Below are positions 45,645 through 58,322 of a stretch of 64,000 bases of DNA, piece after piece. The stretch's first letter is position 1; every line of letters begins with the position of its first letter. Under the pieces are notes generated by a model. That model made no database searches. It saw only the letters and a program-made list of their open reading frames with translations, and had not been told where the DNA came from. Made by a program: the position numbers and the translations under genes. The stretch is from Macrostomum lignano (taxonomy: Eukaryota), in the NCBI GenBank assembly GCA_002269645.1, contig NIVC01000180.1:186001-250000 (forward strand), written 5' to 3'.

Positions 45645-46848
45645 CGTGATTGTGTTTTAACATTGTAGCTAAAAATTGCGCACAGGTAGTTACGGTAGCC
45701 GATTGACCTCTTGGCGATGCTTGAATGCTGGGGTGGCGTCATGTTGAACCGAAATATTGATTGGTCGAATGCCTAGGCTCCACTCTGATCAGTCAATGGT
45801 ATCCGATCTAATATCAGATCTTTTTAAGCCACTAAATAGGATTAAATTTTATAGGGAGTGAGTATTATTAGAAAGTATTTTCAGGGATTGAGCACAGAAA
45901 GAAAAAAATAGAGCATATAAACATCATGTCTTCAGAATAAAGTGGTTACACTTTGAGTCCGTCTGTAAGGTACCAGTACTTAACTAAGGCTTTTAACTAT
46001 CGAATGTTTAAGCATAATTCTGGACCATGGGCCGTAGTCTAAGTTGCGAATAAATCAAGTACAAAACGTATAAACCGATCGGTTCCAGTTTGGGTGGCTT
46101 TGTATAACTTAGCTTGGCTTTTGTAGTCTATGGCCCAATAGACCAAGGCAAGGCCTCTCGCAGGCAGCGTATGGAGGATTCTCAGTTTGGATCACATTCT
46201 ATTACCTAGATGGGCGAATACCCCGGGGTTTCGACCATAGACAGTAGCTTCTGCTGCTCTCAAGACATTAGCAACAGCTAGTGTCTGTGGCCCTAACCCC
46301 TGGGTTTTCGGGGCCTCGGAGACGGCCGCTAAATACATTAGCGAATGCTGATGTGGCACATCTAGGTCATATTATGTTAGAATCTGTGGTTTGGATAGCT
46401 TTATTGCCAAAAGCTATAGCTAGATGGCTTGAGGTCTATTAATTAAATATATATAGTTGGCATTCTAAAACCTGCTGTCTTGTTTGACATTTTAGTAAAA
46501 AATATAGATTACGTGTAACTTTAGCAGTTCATGTATGTGCCATATTGATTAGTTTTCCATCTTCGCACTCTGCATACAGCATCGCTCGTGTAGTTGTACA
46601 AATAGACAATTTATCAATGCATTTTGCTTCCATCTTCATTTTCATGCACGCGTGCTTTTATGCTGCTGAAGAACAGAAATAAATGAAGTAGTTGTTTCAT
46701 AATTAGCAATTTTCGAGATGTGTAACACCTGTTATTTGCTAATCTTCTAAGTTAGTAGTCATTTTTGAGATTATGTCCGAAGTTCAGCATTTTATCTTGA
46801 CGCACCTGACTTGAATCAAAACAACCGCTGCAGTCGGCTGTCCCGGAA

Positions 46849-48548
46849 ATGCAGCAGTCGGACGAGGACCTCCAGGCTGAGGTTTACCGCTCCCCCCTGG
46901 TGGCTCGCTACGCCAGCCCCGAGATGGCGGCCAACTTTGGCGACCGCAAAAAATTCACCACCTGGCGCCGCCTGTGGCTGTGGCTGGCCGAGTCGCAGCA
47001 GCAGCTGGGTCTGGCCATCACTGACCGGCAGCTGGCCGAGATGCGCGCCAGCCTGGACCTGCTCGACCTGCGATTGGCTGCCGAGGAGGAGCGGAAACGG
47101 AAGCACGACGTCATGGGGCACGTGCACGCCTTTGCCGCCCAGTGTCCCGCGGCTGCCGCCGTCATCCACCTGGGCGCCACGTCCGCCTACGTTGGAGACA
47201 ACACCGATCTAATTTGCCTGCGCGATGCGCTGGACATCCTGCTACCCAGGTAGCTACCCAATAGCAACACTGGTAATCATGAGTCATGCTACTAAAAATA
47301 GCACACTGGTAATCATGAGTCATGCTACTAAAAATAGCACACTGGTAATTATGAGTCATCAGTTACTAACAATCAGTATAAGTCCTAATTTTTTATCCGA
47401 AATAAAGAAAGCAATTGTATCGTCATATATTCAGCTCTTCAGCTCACTACTCTTCCTCCGCTTTTCTCAACCACTAAAGGTCAAACTAAGTCTTCGTAGA
47501 TACGCTTTAAGCTCTGCTCAACTATCAATGTGCAACCAGTTACCAGTTTACGCTTAACTGTCTATTGCCTCAAATGTTCCTACTGTAAGTAGCATAAATC
47601 GCCGCTCCGCTGCCCCTGCCAGGCTCGCGGCTGCAATCGCCGCCCTGTCGCGATTCGCCGGCCAGCACCGCTCGCTGGCATGCCTGGGCTTCACGCACCT
47701 GCAGCCCGCCCAGCTCACCACTGTGGGCAAGCGGGCCTGTCTGTGGCTGGCCGACCTGCTGGCCGACCTGCGCAACCTCAGCCGCTGCCGGGCCGACCTG
47801 CGCTTCCGCGGCGTCAAAGGCACCACCGGCACCCAGGCCAGCTTCCTGCAGCTGTTCGAGGGCGACCACGATCGGGTGGAACAGCTGGACAAGCTGGTGA
47901 CGGCCAAGGCCGGCTTCCCCGCCGCCTACATCGTCACCGGGCAGACCTACAGCCGCAAGGTGGACTCTGAAGTCCTGCTGCAGCTGGCCGGCTTCGGCGC
48001 CACCGCGCACAAAATCGCCACCGACCTGCGCCTGCTGGCCTCCTGGAAGGAGATCGAGGAGCCGTTCGAGCGCGACCAGATCGGCTCCTCCGCCATGCCG
48101 TACAAGCGGAACCCCATGCGGCTGGAGCGGGTCTGCGGCCTGGCCCGCCACGTCATGGCTCTGGCGCAGGTGTCTGTCTGTCTTGTCTGTCTGTCTGCCT
48201 GCCTGTCTGTCTGTGTGTCTTTCTGTCGGTCTGTCTGTCTGCCTGTCTGTCTGCCTGTCTGTGTGTCTGTCTGCGACTCTGCGTGTGTCTGTCTGTCTGT
48301 CTGTCTTAGTGTCTGTCTGTCTGCTTGTCTGTCTGCCTGCCTGTGTGTCTGTCTGCGTGTGTCTGTTTGTCTGTGTGTTTGTGTGTCTGTCTGTCTGTCT
48401 GTCTTAGTGTCTGTCTGTCTGCCTGTCTGTCTGCCTGTCTGTGTGTCTGTCTGCGTGTGTCTGTTTGTCTGTGTGTTTGTGTGTCTGTCTGTCTGTCTGT
48501 CCGTCTGTCTGTCTCAGTCTGTCTGTCTGTCTCAGTCTGTCTGTCTCA

Positions 48549-48582
<34 letters not shown>

Positions 48583-48661
48583 GTGTCTGTCTGTGTGTCT
48601 GTCTGTCTGTCTGTCCGTCTGTCTGTCTCAGTCTGTCTGTCTGTCTCAGTCTGTCTGTCTT

Positions 48662-48722
<61 letters not shown>

Positions 48723-48743
48723 GTGTCTGCCTGTCTGTCTGCC

Positions 48744-48788
<45 letters not shown>

Positions 48789-49557
48789 TAGTGTCTGTCC
48801 GACTGTTAGCTGTCCCTCTGGTGTTTTTATTTTCTCTTCTCCTCCGAGACCCACTGCAATATTTCACAGCTCTGCCGCGCCCACCCGCTCAGGACGCGCT
48901 GAACACCCATTCGGTGCAGTGGATGGAGCGCACCCTGGACGACTCCAGCAACCGCCGCCTGAGCATCCCGGAGGCGTTCCTGGCCGCCGACATCGTTGCC
49001 AGCACCCTGGGCAGCGTATTCGACGGCCTGGTGGTCTACCCGATGGTCATCCAGCGCCATCTCAAGGAGGAGCTGCCCTTCATGGCCACCGAGAACATCC
49101 TGGCCGCCATGGTGAAGGCTGGCGGCAATCGCCAGGTGAGAGAGGCCAGACTGATGTCGAATTGAGCACTGAAATTGTCTGTCTGTCATGTCTGCCTGTC
49201 ATCTCTGTCTGTCACACTCCTTTCCTTGTTACTAAAGCCAAGTCCCACACAGACTGTCAGCCACCCCCGCCAACTCCGCCTCTCCAGGAATGCCACGAGG
49301 TGATCCGTCAGCTGAGCCAGCAGGCCGCAGCCCAGGTGAAGGAGCGCGGCCTTGACAACGACCTGATCGAGCGGATCCAGGCCTCGGATTACTTCGCCCC
49401 GATTCGAGACCGGCTGCCTGAGCTGCTGGACCCCGCCACCTTCGTGGGCCGGGCGCCTCAGCAGGTGGACCGCTTCCTAGCCGAGGAGGTGGCCCCGGCG
49501 CTGGCTCCGTTCACTGCCGCGCTGGAGAAACTGACTGCGGTGGTGCAGCGCGTGTGA
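46849..49557 (+). CDS. ADSL: Adenylosuccinate lyase (486 aa)
   Basis: Exons 46849-47249, 47623-48169, 48893-49135 and 49288-49557 (1461 nt). [43 protein letters not shown], signature [20 protein letters not shown]. Confidence 0.96.
47260..47360. repeat. 36-bp tandem repeat (~2.8 copies) in ADSL intron 1
   Basis: CTGGTAAT recurs at 47270, 47306 and 47342. Confidence 0.9.
48170..48800. repeat. Degenerate (CTGT)n microsatellite filling ADSL intron 2
   Basis: Direct reading; begins at the GT donor. Confidence 0.95.
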
Positions 49558-49560
49558 CAG

Positions 49561-49622
49561 CCTGGTGTGACCCGGCTGGTGTGACCCGGCTGTTGTTACC
49601 CGGCTGTTGTTACCCGGCTGGT
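49561..49622. repeat. 15-bp tandem repeat (~4 copies) just after the ADSL stop
   Basis: CCCGGCTG(G/T)TG(T)(G/T)A units. Confidence 0.75.
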
Positions 49623-49724
49623 TTGACCTTTAGGATCGATTTTCAACTTACTACTGTTGTAGATGTAGAGTCAGTTTTTATACTTAGGAGGGCATTGTGT
49701 GGGTTTCGTGACTCTATGCGGCCT

Positions 49725-50295
49725 TGACCTTATGTGACCTTATGTAATGTACGCGTGTGACCTTGACCCTGTATGATCTTGTGGTTTCCTTGACCCCTGT
49801 GTGACCTTAATTGTATTTTCCTTGACCCGGTGTGACCTTAATTGTATTTTCTTTGACCCGGTGTGACCTTAATTGTATTTTCCTTGACCCGGTGTGACCT
49901 TAATTGTATTTTCCTTGACCCGGTGTGACCTTAATTGTGTTTTTCCTGACCCCTGTGTGACCTTAATTGTGTATTTATTGACCCCTGTGTGACCTTGATT
50001 GTGTATTTATTGACCCTTGTGTGACCTTGATTGTGTATTTATTGACCCCTGTGTGACCTTGATTGTGTATTTATTGACCCCTGTGTGACCTTGATTGTGT
50101 ATTTATTGACCCCTGTGTGACCTTGATTGTGTATTTATTGACCCCTGTGTGACCTTCATTGTGTATTATTGACCCCTGTGTGACCTTCATTGTGTACTTA
50201 TTGACCCCTGTGTGACCTTGATTGTGTATTTATTGACCCCTGTGTGACCTTGATTGTGTATTTATTGTCCCCTGTGTGACCTTGATTGTGTATTC
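49725..50295. repeat. 31-32-bp minisatellite (GACCCCTGTGTGACCTTGATTGTGTATTTATT)
   Basis: Period of 31 at 49822/49853 and of 32 at 50041/50073. Confidence 0.92.
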
Positions 50296-50691
50296 CTGCG
50301 CAGCGTGGGATGTCGAAGTTTTCCCAGTTTACAAGTACATTCGAGATCCACAAATTCATACACAGATAAAGCGATATTTTTGTGCTCGAACTTTTATATC
50401 ATGCCTAGTAGCCTATAACTAAATACCTTGATTAGTTGAACATAGAAGCCCCAGTTATGTCTAGTTTTATAATTAACTGTAGTTGAAACTATTAAATGTG
50501 TTTTACGCAGCCACACCTGGTGCTGCAAGGTCTGAGCAGCAATCTCTCTTTATGAATCGGCAACAATGCCAGAGGTGTCCTGTTTCTTTTGCGTCAAAAA
50601 ATTTTATTGCTTATTGATGCTGCACTCTATTCTATCACACCGGTTTAAAGGTTTAAATTTAAAATTTAGATTTAAAAGGCCTATCAAAATG

Positions 50692-51520
50692 CCCCTTACC
50701 AGACAAGTGAGAATCGCCTCTCACCAGACACATGAGATTCCCCTCACCAGACACATGAGATTCCCCTCACCAGACACATGAGATTCCCCTTACCAGACAC
50801 ATGAGATTCCCCTTACCAGACACATGAGATTCCCCTCACCAGACACATGAGATTCCCCTCACCATACACATGAGATTCCCCTCACCAGACACATGAGATT
50901 CCCCTCACCAGACACATGAGATTCCCCTCCCTCACCAGACACATGAGATTCCCCTCACCATGGACACATGAGATTCCCCTCACCAGACACATGAGATTCC
51001 CCTTACCAGACACATGAGATTCCCCTTACGAGACACATTAGATTCCCCTCACCAGACACATGAGATTCCTCTTACCAGACACATGAGATTCCCCTTACGA
51101 GACACATTAGATTCCCCTCACCAGACACATGAGATTCCTCTTACCAGACACATGAGATTCCCCTCACCATGGACACATGAGATTCCCCTCCCTCACCAGA
51201 CACATGAGATTACCCTTACCAGACACATGAGATTCCCCTCGCCAGACACGTGAGATTCGCCCCTCACCAGACACGCGAGATTCGCCCCTCATCAGACACA
51301 TGAGATTCCCCTCGCCAGACACGTGAGATTCGCCCCTCACCAGACACGTGAGATTCGCCCCTCACCAGACACGTGAGATTCGCCCCTCACCAGACACGTG
51401 AGATTCGCCCCTCACCAGACACGTGAGATTCGCCCCTCACCAGACACGTGAGATTCGCCCCTCGCCAGACACGTGAGATTCGCCCCTCACCAGACACGTG
51501 AGATTCGCCCCTCACCAGAC
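50692..51520. repeat. Minisatellite changing from a 23-mer (CCCCTCACCAGACACATGAGATT) to a 25-mer (CGCCCCTCACCAGACACGTGAGATT)
   Basis: Direct reading of the units. Confidence 0.93.
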
Positions 51521-51630
51521 TTTTCGTAGCAGCTAAAAGTTTGCCATAGACTTGCAGCTAACAGCCGCAGCTATCTGTTGCGCAGCTAAAAATCCCGGAC
51601 AGAACCGGCCACAGCAGTTCGGCCGGCGCG

Positions 51631-54600
51631 ATGTCCGAGAAGCAGGTGCAGGGCACCAATGACAGCAGCATAGTGAGCAAGGCCTCGGCTGTTGAGAGAG
51701 GCTACTTTGATGACCCCTTCGTGTCGCTGATGGTGCGCAAGAGGGCTCGCCGGGCTCCGCTGATTAACCGGTTCGTGCGGCTGGGGTTCAGGTCTCGCTT
51801 TTTGACCCTGGCTTGAATATTGAGGCCAGTTCAATAATTTGATCAGAGTCAAATTGGTAGGGTCCCCCACCAAAACAAATTTTACCACACTGAGGGGGGG
51901 TCCGTGCGGGGCCGCATTCATGCGGGACTTGTGTATGGAAAACTAGGAGTAGGAGGTTCGTCGTGCGATTCACCACCAACCCCAAAGCAGCAGAGAGTGT
52001 AGATAAGATTAGAAATTAGAAAGTCTGTCAGTTCTATTTTTATGATCAGCCAGTGTTTTCCGTTGAGCTGTTCTTAATAAAAAACCACTGCAGCGGATAC
52101 TACATTCGCATGAAGGCTATGGACCAGGCCCTTCAGAATTTCATCAGCGCCACGTCAGCAGAAGGGCAGACTCGCTACGTAAGTCCTAGGAGTTTTTTGT
52201 AGAGTTCTTCTACTTCCAATCAGTAGCATGATGAACATTTTTTCATTTTTCAGATTATATCGCTGGGCGCGGGTTTCGACACGGCCTACTTCAGGCTGAA
52301 GTCTAAGGGTCTCCTGGACGGAATCTACTATATCGAGGTATTCTGATGCAGATCATCATGCAAATTACTTTTTTGACCAAAATAAGACTCACCTAAGAAA
52401 AAAACAGAAAATTTGCGTAATTCTGGGTAAACAGCAGGAGTAACTATAACTGTTTTATTAAGGCTAAATGCCTCGTCATCTAATTAGTACTACGTCTATG
52501 TTTTATGTAGACATTTTTGCGATTTACCTTGGCTGGGCCCCTCGCCAGCCAGCTGGGTGTTGCGCAATTGTGATGCAGATTAGTTGATGATTGACTTGCT
52601 CTCCAGAGCCTCTGTCACTCGAACCATCCCGCTCCAGATTGACTACTACGATGTGGTGGCGAACAAGGCGCGGCTGATCCAGCAGTCCGAGTTGCTGACG
52701 GCCGTTATTGGCGACTACCGGCTTGAGCTGGGCTCCAATTTAGGCAAGTGGGGTTGGCGGGGCTTCGCTGCTGCTTGTTGGGGGGGGGGCTGCTTTTAGG
52801 ATAGGCATTGGGGGTTATTTTATAAAGCAGTCTGAACTTTAGACAAATTTTCCATAGCTATGGAGTCTATGGCGATTTTTCCATAGCTTTTGACTCTGGG
52901 CGATTTTTCCATAGCTATGGAGTCTGGGCGATTTTTCCATAGCTATGGAGTCTGGGCGGTTTTTCTAGGGCTATGGAGTCTGGGCGATTTTTCCATAGCT
53001 ATGGAGTCTGGGCGATTTTTCCATAGCTATGGAGTCTGGGCGATTTTTCCATAGCTATGGAGTCTGGGCGATTTTTCTAGGGCAATGGAGTCTGGGCGGT
53101 TTTTCCATAGCTACGGAGTCTATGGCGATTTTTCCATAGCTATGGAGTCTGGGCGATTTTTCCATAGTTACGGAGTCTATGGCGATTTTTCCATAGCTAT
53201 GGAGTCTGGGCGATTTTTCCATAGCTATGGAGTCTGGGCGATTTTTCCATAGCTTTTGACTCTGGGCGATTTTTCCATAGCTATGGAGTCTGGGCGATTT
53301 TTCTAGGGCAATGGAGTCTGGGCGGTTTTTCCATAGCTACGGAGTCTATGGCGATTTTTCCATAGCTATGGAATCTGGGCGATTTTTCCATAGTTACGGA
53401 GTCTATGGCGATTTTTCCATAGCTATGGAGTCTGGGCGATTTTTCCATAGCTATGGAGTCTGGGCGATTTTTCCATAGTTACGGAGTCTATGGCGATTTT
53501 TCCATAGCTATGGAGTCTGGGCGATTTTTCCATAGCTTTTGACTCTGGGCGATTTTTCCATAGCTATGGAGTCTGGGCGGTTTTTCCAGGGCTATGGAGT
53601 CTGGGCGATTTTCCCAAACCTATGGAGTCTACGCGATTTTTCCAAGCCTATGGAGTCCATGGCGATTTTTCCAAACCCATGGAATCCATGGCGATTTTCC
53701 CAAACCTATGGAGTCCATGGCGATTTTTCCAAACCTATGGAGTCCATGGCGATTTTCCCAAACCTATGGAGTCCATGGCGATTTTCCAAAGCTATGGAGT
53801 CTGGGCGATTTTTTCCAAACCCATGAAGTGTGAGCGATCTTTCATAATGCTGTGAAGTCTTTTCAAAGCTGTCTTTCTATTTGAGTTCGCGCGGTTTTCC
53901 ACGGCCAATGCACAAATTTTTATCAGTATCAATTAGCTGTTTCTTCAGCACGGCATAAAGTACAGATTGCACTCTCTAACCTATTGACCTCCGCCCCCTC
54001 CCTCTCCAGTGGTGCGCTCAGCAGACTACTGCCTAGTAGCATCGGACCTCACTCACGAGCCAGTGCTGGCCGCCTGTCTCCGCGAGCTGGTCCCAGACTG
54101 GACTGCGCCAGCTCTGTTCTTCTCTGAGTGCGTGCTCACCTATGTGGCGCCCAAGCAGTGAGTCATCAGGCTGCTCAATTTGTCACCTGTGACACTTATA
54201 ATGTAAGGTATTCTCAGAACCTCGAGTTTTGTCACACATTGATGCACAAGTTCGGGAGAACCACAAACACCATTCCAGTTCCAGTTCAAGGATAATCCTA
54301 ATCCATTTTAAGGATAATCCCCAATCCATTTTAAGGATAATCCCCAATCCATTCCAAGGATAATCCCCAATCCATTCCAAGGATAATCCCCAATCCATTC
54401 CAAGGATAATCCCAAATCCATTCCAAGGATAATCCCCAATCCATTCCAAGGATAATCCCCAATCCATTCCAAGGATAATCCCAAATCCATTCCAAGGATA
54501 ATCCCCAATCCATTCCAAGGATAATCCCCAATCCATTCCAAGGATAATCCCAAATCCATCCCAATGATAATCCCTAATCCATCCCTAGGATAATCCCCAA

Positions 54601-57600
54601 TCCATTTCAAAGGTAATCTCTGGTCCAACTCAAGGAAAACCCCTAATCTATTTAATGGCTATTTTAAATGACTTTGCATGCTTTCATATATAGCGACTCA
54701 AGCTCAAGTTCCACCATATCTTATCACACGGCTAATCCACATCGGCTGACCCGCAGTGCCGATCAGCTGATAAACTGGATCAGTCAAGAGTTCCCCTGCA
54801 GCGTCTTCCTGTTGTATGAGCAAATCCGGCCTTATGACGGCTTCGGAGTCATCATGTGAGCTGAACTGCGCTGGCTGTATTTGCAACTCACCCCACAGAA
54901 TCGCCAATCACCCCACAGAATCGCCACTCACCCCACAGAATCGCCGCTCACCCCACAGAATCGCCACTCACCCCACAGAATCGCCGCTCACCCCACAGAA
55001 TCGCCACTCACCTCACAGAATCGCCAGTGACCCCACATGAATCGCCAGTCACCTCACAGAATCGCCACTCACCTCACAGAATCGCCACTCATCCCACAGA
55101 ATCGCCACTCACCCCACAGAATCGCCACTCACCTCACAGAATCGCCACTCATCCCACAGAATCGCCACTCACCTCACAGAATCGCCAGTGACCCCACATG
55201 AATCGCCAGTGACCCCACAGAATCGCCAGTCACCTCACAGAATCGCCACTCATCCCACAGAATCGCCAGTCACCTCACAGAATCGCCACTCATCCCACAG
55301 AATCGCCACTCACCTCACAGAATCGCCAGTGACCCCACATGAATCGCCAGTGACCCCACAGAATCGCCAGTCACCTCACAGAATCGCCACTCATCCCACA
55401 GAATCGCCACTCACCTCACAGAATCGCCAGTGACCCCACAGAATCGCCAGTCACCTCACAGAATCGCCACTCACCTCACAGAATCGTCACTCATCCCACA
55501 GAATCGCCACTCACCTCACAGAATCGCCACTCATCCCACAGAATCGCCACTCACCTCACAGAATCGCCACTCATCCCACAGAATCGCCACTCACCCCACA
55601 GGATCACCCTCTACAACCCCAAAAACTCGCAATCCACAGGTGTCAGCACTTCAAAGGTCTGGGCTCGCGTCTAAAGTGCATCGAAAAATACCCATATTTG
55701 GCCGATCAGCGAGAACGATTTTCAGTAGTAAGTGTCTCTTTTCAACAATGACCGCAATCTGATGACCACAATGACCGCCATCCTCGCTGCGAACATCCCC
55801 CAGGGTTGGCAGCGGGTCGAGGCCCTGGACATGAACGCCTTCTACCGGTCGCTTGACTTGGCCGAGCGCTGCCGAGTCGAACACCTGGAAGTATTCGATG
55901 AATTCGAGGAATGGTGGGCCAAGTGCGAGCACTACTTCGTGCTGGCCGCGCACACCGCCGGCTTCCGCCACCGACATCACCGGGCCCGGCTGCTCGTCCG
56001 GCGCCACGGCGACTGCGGCGAGGAGGAAGAAGCCGCGGCCGAGCCCCCGTGCTGGCGGATGCAGCAGGGCCTGTCCCAGCAACCGCTTAGCAACCTGGCC
56101 CGGGTGCTGGTCCGGCCGTTGCCGGGCGGATGCGCTGACCAGTTCCGCCTGCACTGGGCCGGCCTCAGCCCGGTGGAGCTGCCCCAGCATGCGCCGCTGC
56201 TGCTGCGGCTCGGCGGCTACGGCGTCGACCCGCTAGGGCTGCCCGGCCACCGGCGCCTGTCCTGTCTGACTTTAATTGACCCCTACCGGCTGGCCAGCCA
56301 GCAGCCGCCGGTCTGTCAGCACGCGAAGCCCGACGAGCCGTGCCCGAGCGAGTGGCTGGAGCACCTGCTGGGCCCCGTGGTCTACCAGGTGAGGCGGCGT
56401 GCAACTAATAATATTTTTGAAGGCCGATTTCTACAATATAGTCTAGGTAATCCCCATGTTTCCCATTGAAATTCCCGAATTCCCCTCCACCCAGGTTGGT
56501 GCCCAGGAGCTGCTGCTGTTCGGTGGCAAGGCCAGTCCGCTGCGGCCCTCGGCCCGCCTGCTCCGCCTGCGGCTGTCCGCCTCCCCGGACGGCGTTGGCT
56601 CGCCCCGCTTCACGATCGAGGAGGTCGCCCAGCGGCGCGCCGACGGTCCCGAGCTCGAGCCCCCGTGCGCGCGCTGGCGTCACGCCGGCTGCTCCGTGCC
56701 GCTGGGCGACGGCGACCAGCGGCGTCGAGGCCTCGTCCTGTACGGGGGTCGAACCCCGGACCAACTGTGCCTGGCGGATGCCTACCTTGCCGTCTGGCCG
56801 CCCCCGCAGCAGCTCGACGGAGAGGTCGGCGGCGTGGCTTGGGAGGCGCTGCCGGCCAGCCCGGGGCCGCGCTGCTCGCACGCCGTCTGCGGCCACCCCA
56901 GCCGGCCGCTGGCCTTCCTCAGCTCTGGCCTCAGTCTTGAAGAGGCCGCCGATGATGGAGACGCCGGCCAGCGCAGCTCCGCCCTGCGGCCCATGTGGGA
57001 CCTGTGGCAGCTGGACGTGCTGGCCAGGCAGTGGACTCGGCTGACCCTCTCTGGCCGCCTGGCCGGTCCGTCCGGTCTGCCCGTCACCCGCTTCGGACAC
57101 TCGATGCACTGCCTGGCCGCTGCCGAGCTCGGGAAAGGTGCGCCTGCTGCTTTAAGAAGTCTTGAAATCCACTCTGATCCGTTTCAGGAGATGTCCATTT
57201 TTCCTGAACAAATCTCCAATCCAGCCCTAGGATAATCCCCGATTGTTGCCAAAGATAATCGCCAATCTACTCAATGGATACTGCCCGATCTACTCAAAGG
57301 ATAATCCCCGATTGTTGCCAAAGATAATCCCCAATCTACTCAATGGATACTGCCCGATCTACTCAAAGGATAATCCCCGATTGTTGCCAAAGATAATCCC
57401 CAATCTACTCAAAAGGATAATCCCCAATCTGCTCCAAAGATAATCCACAATCTACTCGAAGGATAATCCCCGATTGTTGCCAAAGATAATCGCCAATCTA
57501 CTCAATGGATACTGCCCGATCTACTCAAAGGATAATCCCCGATTGTTGCCAAAGATAATCCCCAATCTACTCAAAAGGATAATCCCCAATCTGCTCCAAA

Positions 57601-58254
57601 GATAATCCACAATCTACTCGAAGGATAATCCCCGATTGTTGCCAATGATAATCCCCAATCTACTCAAAGGATAGTGCCCAATCTACTCAAGGATAATCCC
57701 CAATCTGCTTAAAAGATAATCCCCAATCTACTCAAAGGATAATCCCCAATCTACTCAAAGGATAATCCCCAATCTACTCAATGGATAATCCCAGATTCAC
57801 CCAAGCAGTCCAGCTTCACTCTGACCCGCCATCTCCCCCAGGCGACGACGCCTCCGCGGCGCCAGCCGACTGGCTCATCTGCTTTGGCGGCGCCGTGGCC
57901 ACCTCCGCGGACTCCGCCGGCCCCGCCAGCCGCTCGCTGACCGAGCCGGCCACCCTCTGCCTCATCAGAGTCGATCTTGATGGCACCGCCGCCCAGTTCG
58001 TCAACCTGGCCGCTGACTTCTCCCTCGATCCCGCCGCCGCCTCCGCCGCCCCCTCGAAGGCCTTCCTCGCCTTCAACTCCGCCACGGCGCTGCTGACGCC
58101 GGCCGGACGCCCGGCTGGCCAGGAGGACCGGCCGGCTCTGCTGGCCATCCTGGGCGGCGGCGGCAGCTGCTTCAGCTTTGGCACCCACCTGAACCCTGCG
58201 GCCGTGTGCCTGCACCTGGCTGACCTCTTCCTGCCTGTGGCCGGCCTGTTCTGA
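51631..58254 (+). CDS. LCMT2: tRNA wybutosine-synthesizing protein 4 / leucine carboxyl methyltransferase 2 (LCM methyltransferase plus kelch-like C-terminus), ~796 aa
   Basis: Exons 51631-51770, 52094-52178, 52254-52337, 52638-52743, 54010-54157, 54757-54855, 55640-55727, 55804-56388, 56495-57137, 57842-58254 (2391 nt). [46 protein letters not shown]...[19 protein letters not shown]. Intron 4 is modelled with a GC donor. Confidence 0.9.
52850..53825. repeat. 28-bp minisatellite (CGATTTTTCCATAGCTATGGAGTCTGGG) in LCMT2 intron 4
   Basis: Period of 28 at 52901 and 52929. Confidence 0.94.
54288..54612. repeat. 23-bp minisatellite (GGATAATCCCCAATCCATTCCAA) in LCMT2 intron 5
   Basis: Period of 23 at 54312 and 54335. 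Confidence 0.94.
54886..55600. repeat. 20-bp minisatellite (CACAGAATCGCCACTCACCC) in LCMT2 intron 6
   Basis: Period of 20 read directly. Confidence 0.94.
57228..57792. repeat. 23-bp minisatellite (AAGGATAATCCCCAATCTACTCA) with local 69-bp trimers, LCMT2 intron 9
   Basis: Period of 23 at 57721 and 57744; three alternating variants at the 5' end. Confidence 0.92.
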
Positions 58255-58322
58255 CACCGGCCTCGGCCTGAGCTCTGGGATTTTTTGCACCTTCTTCCCT
58301 ATTTTAGCTGCCATCCTCCTAG

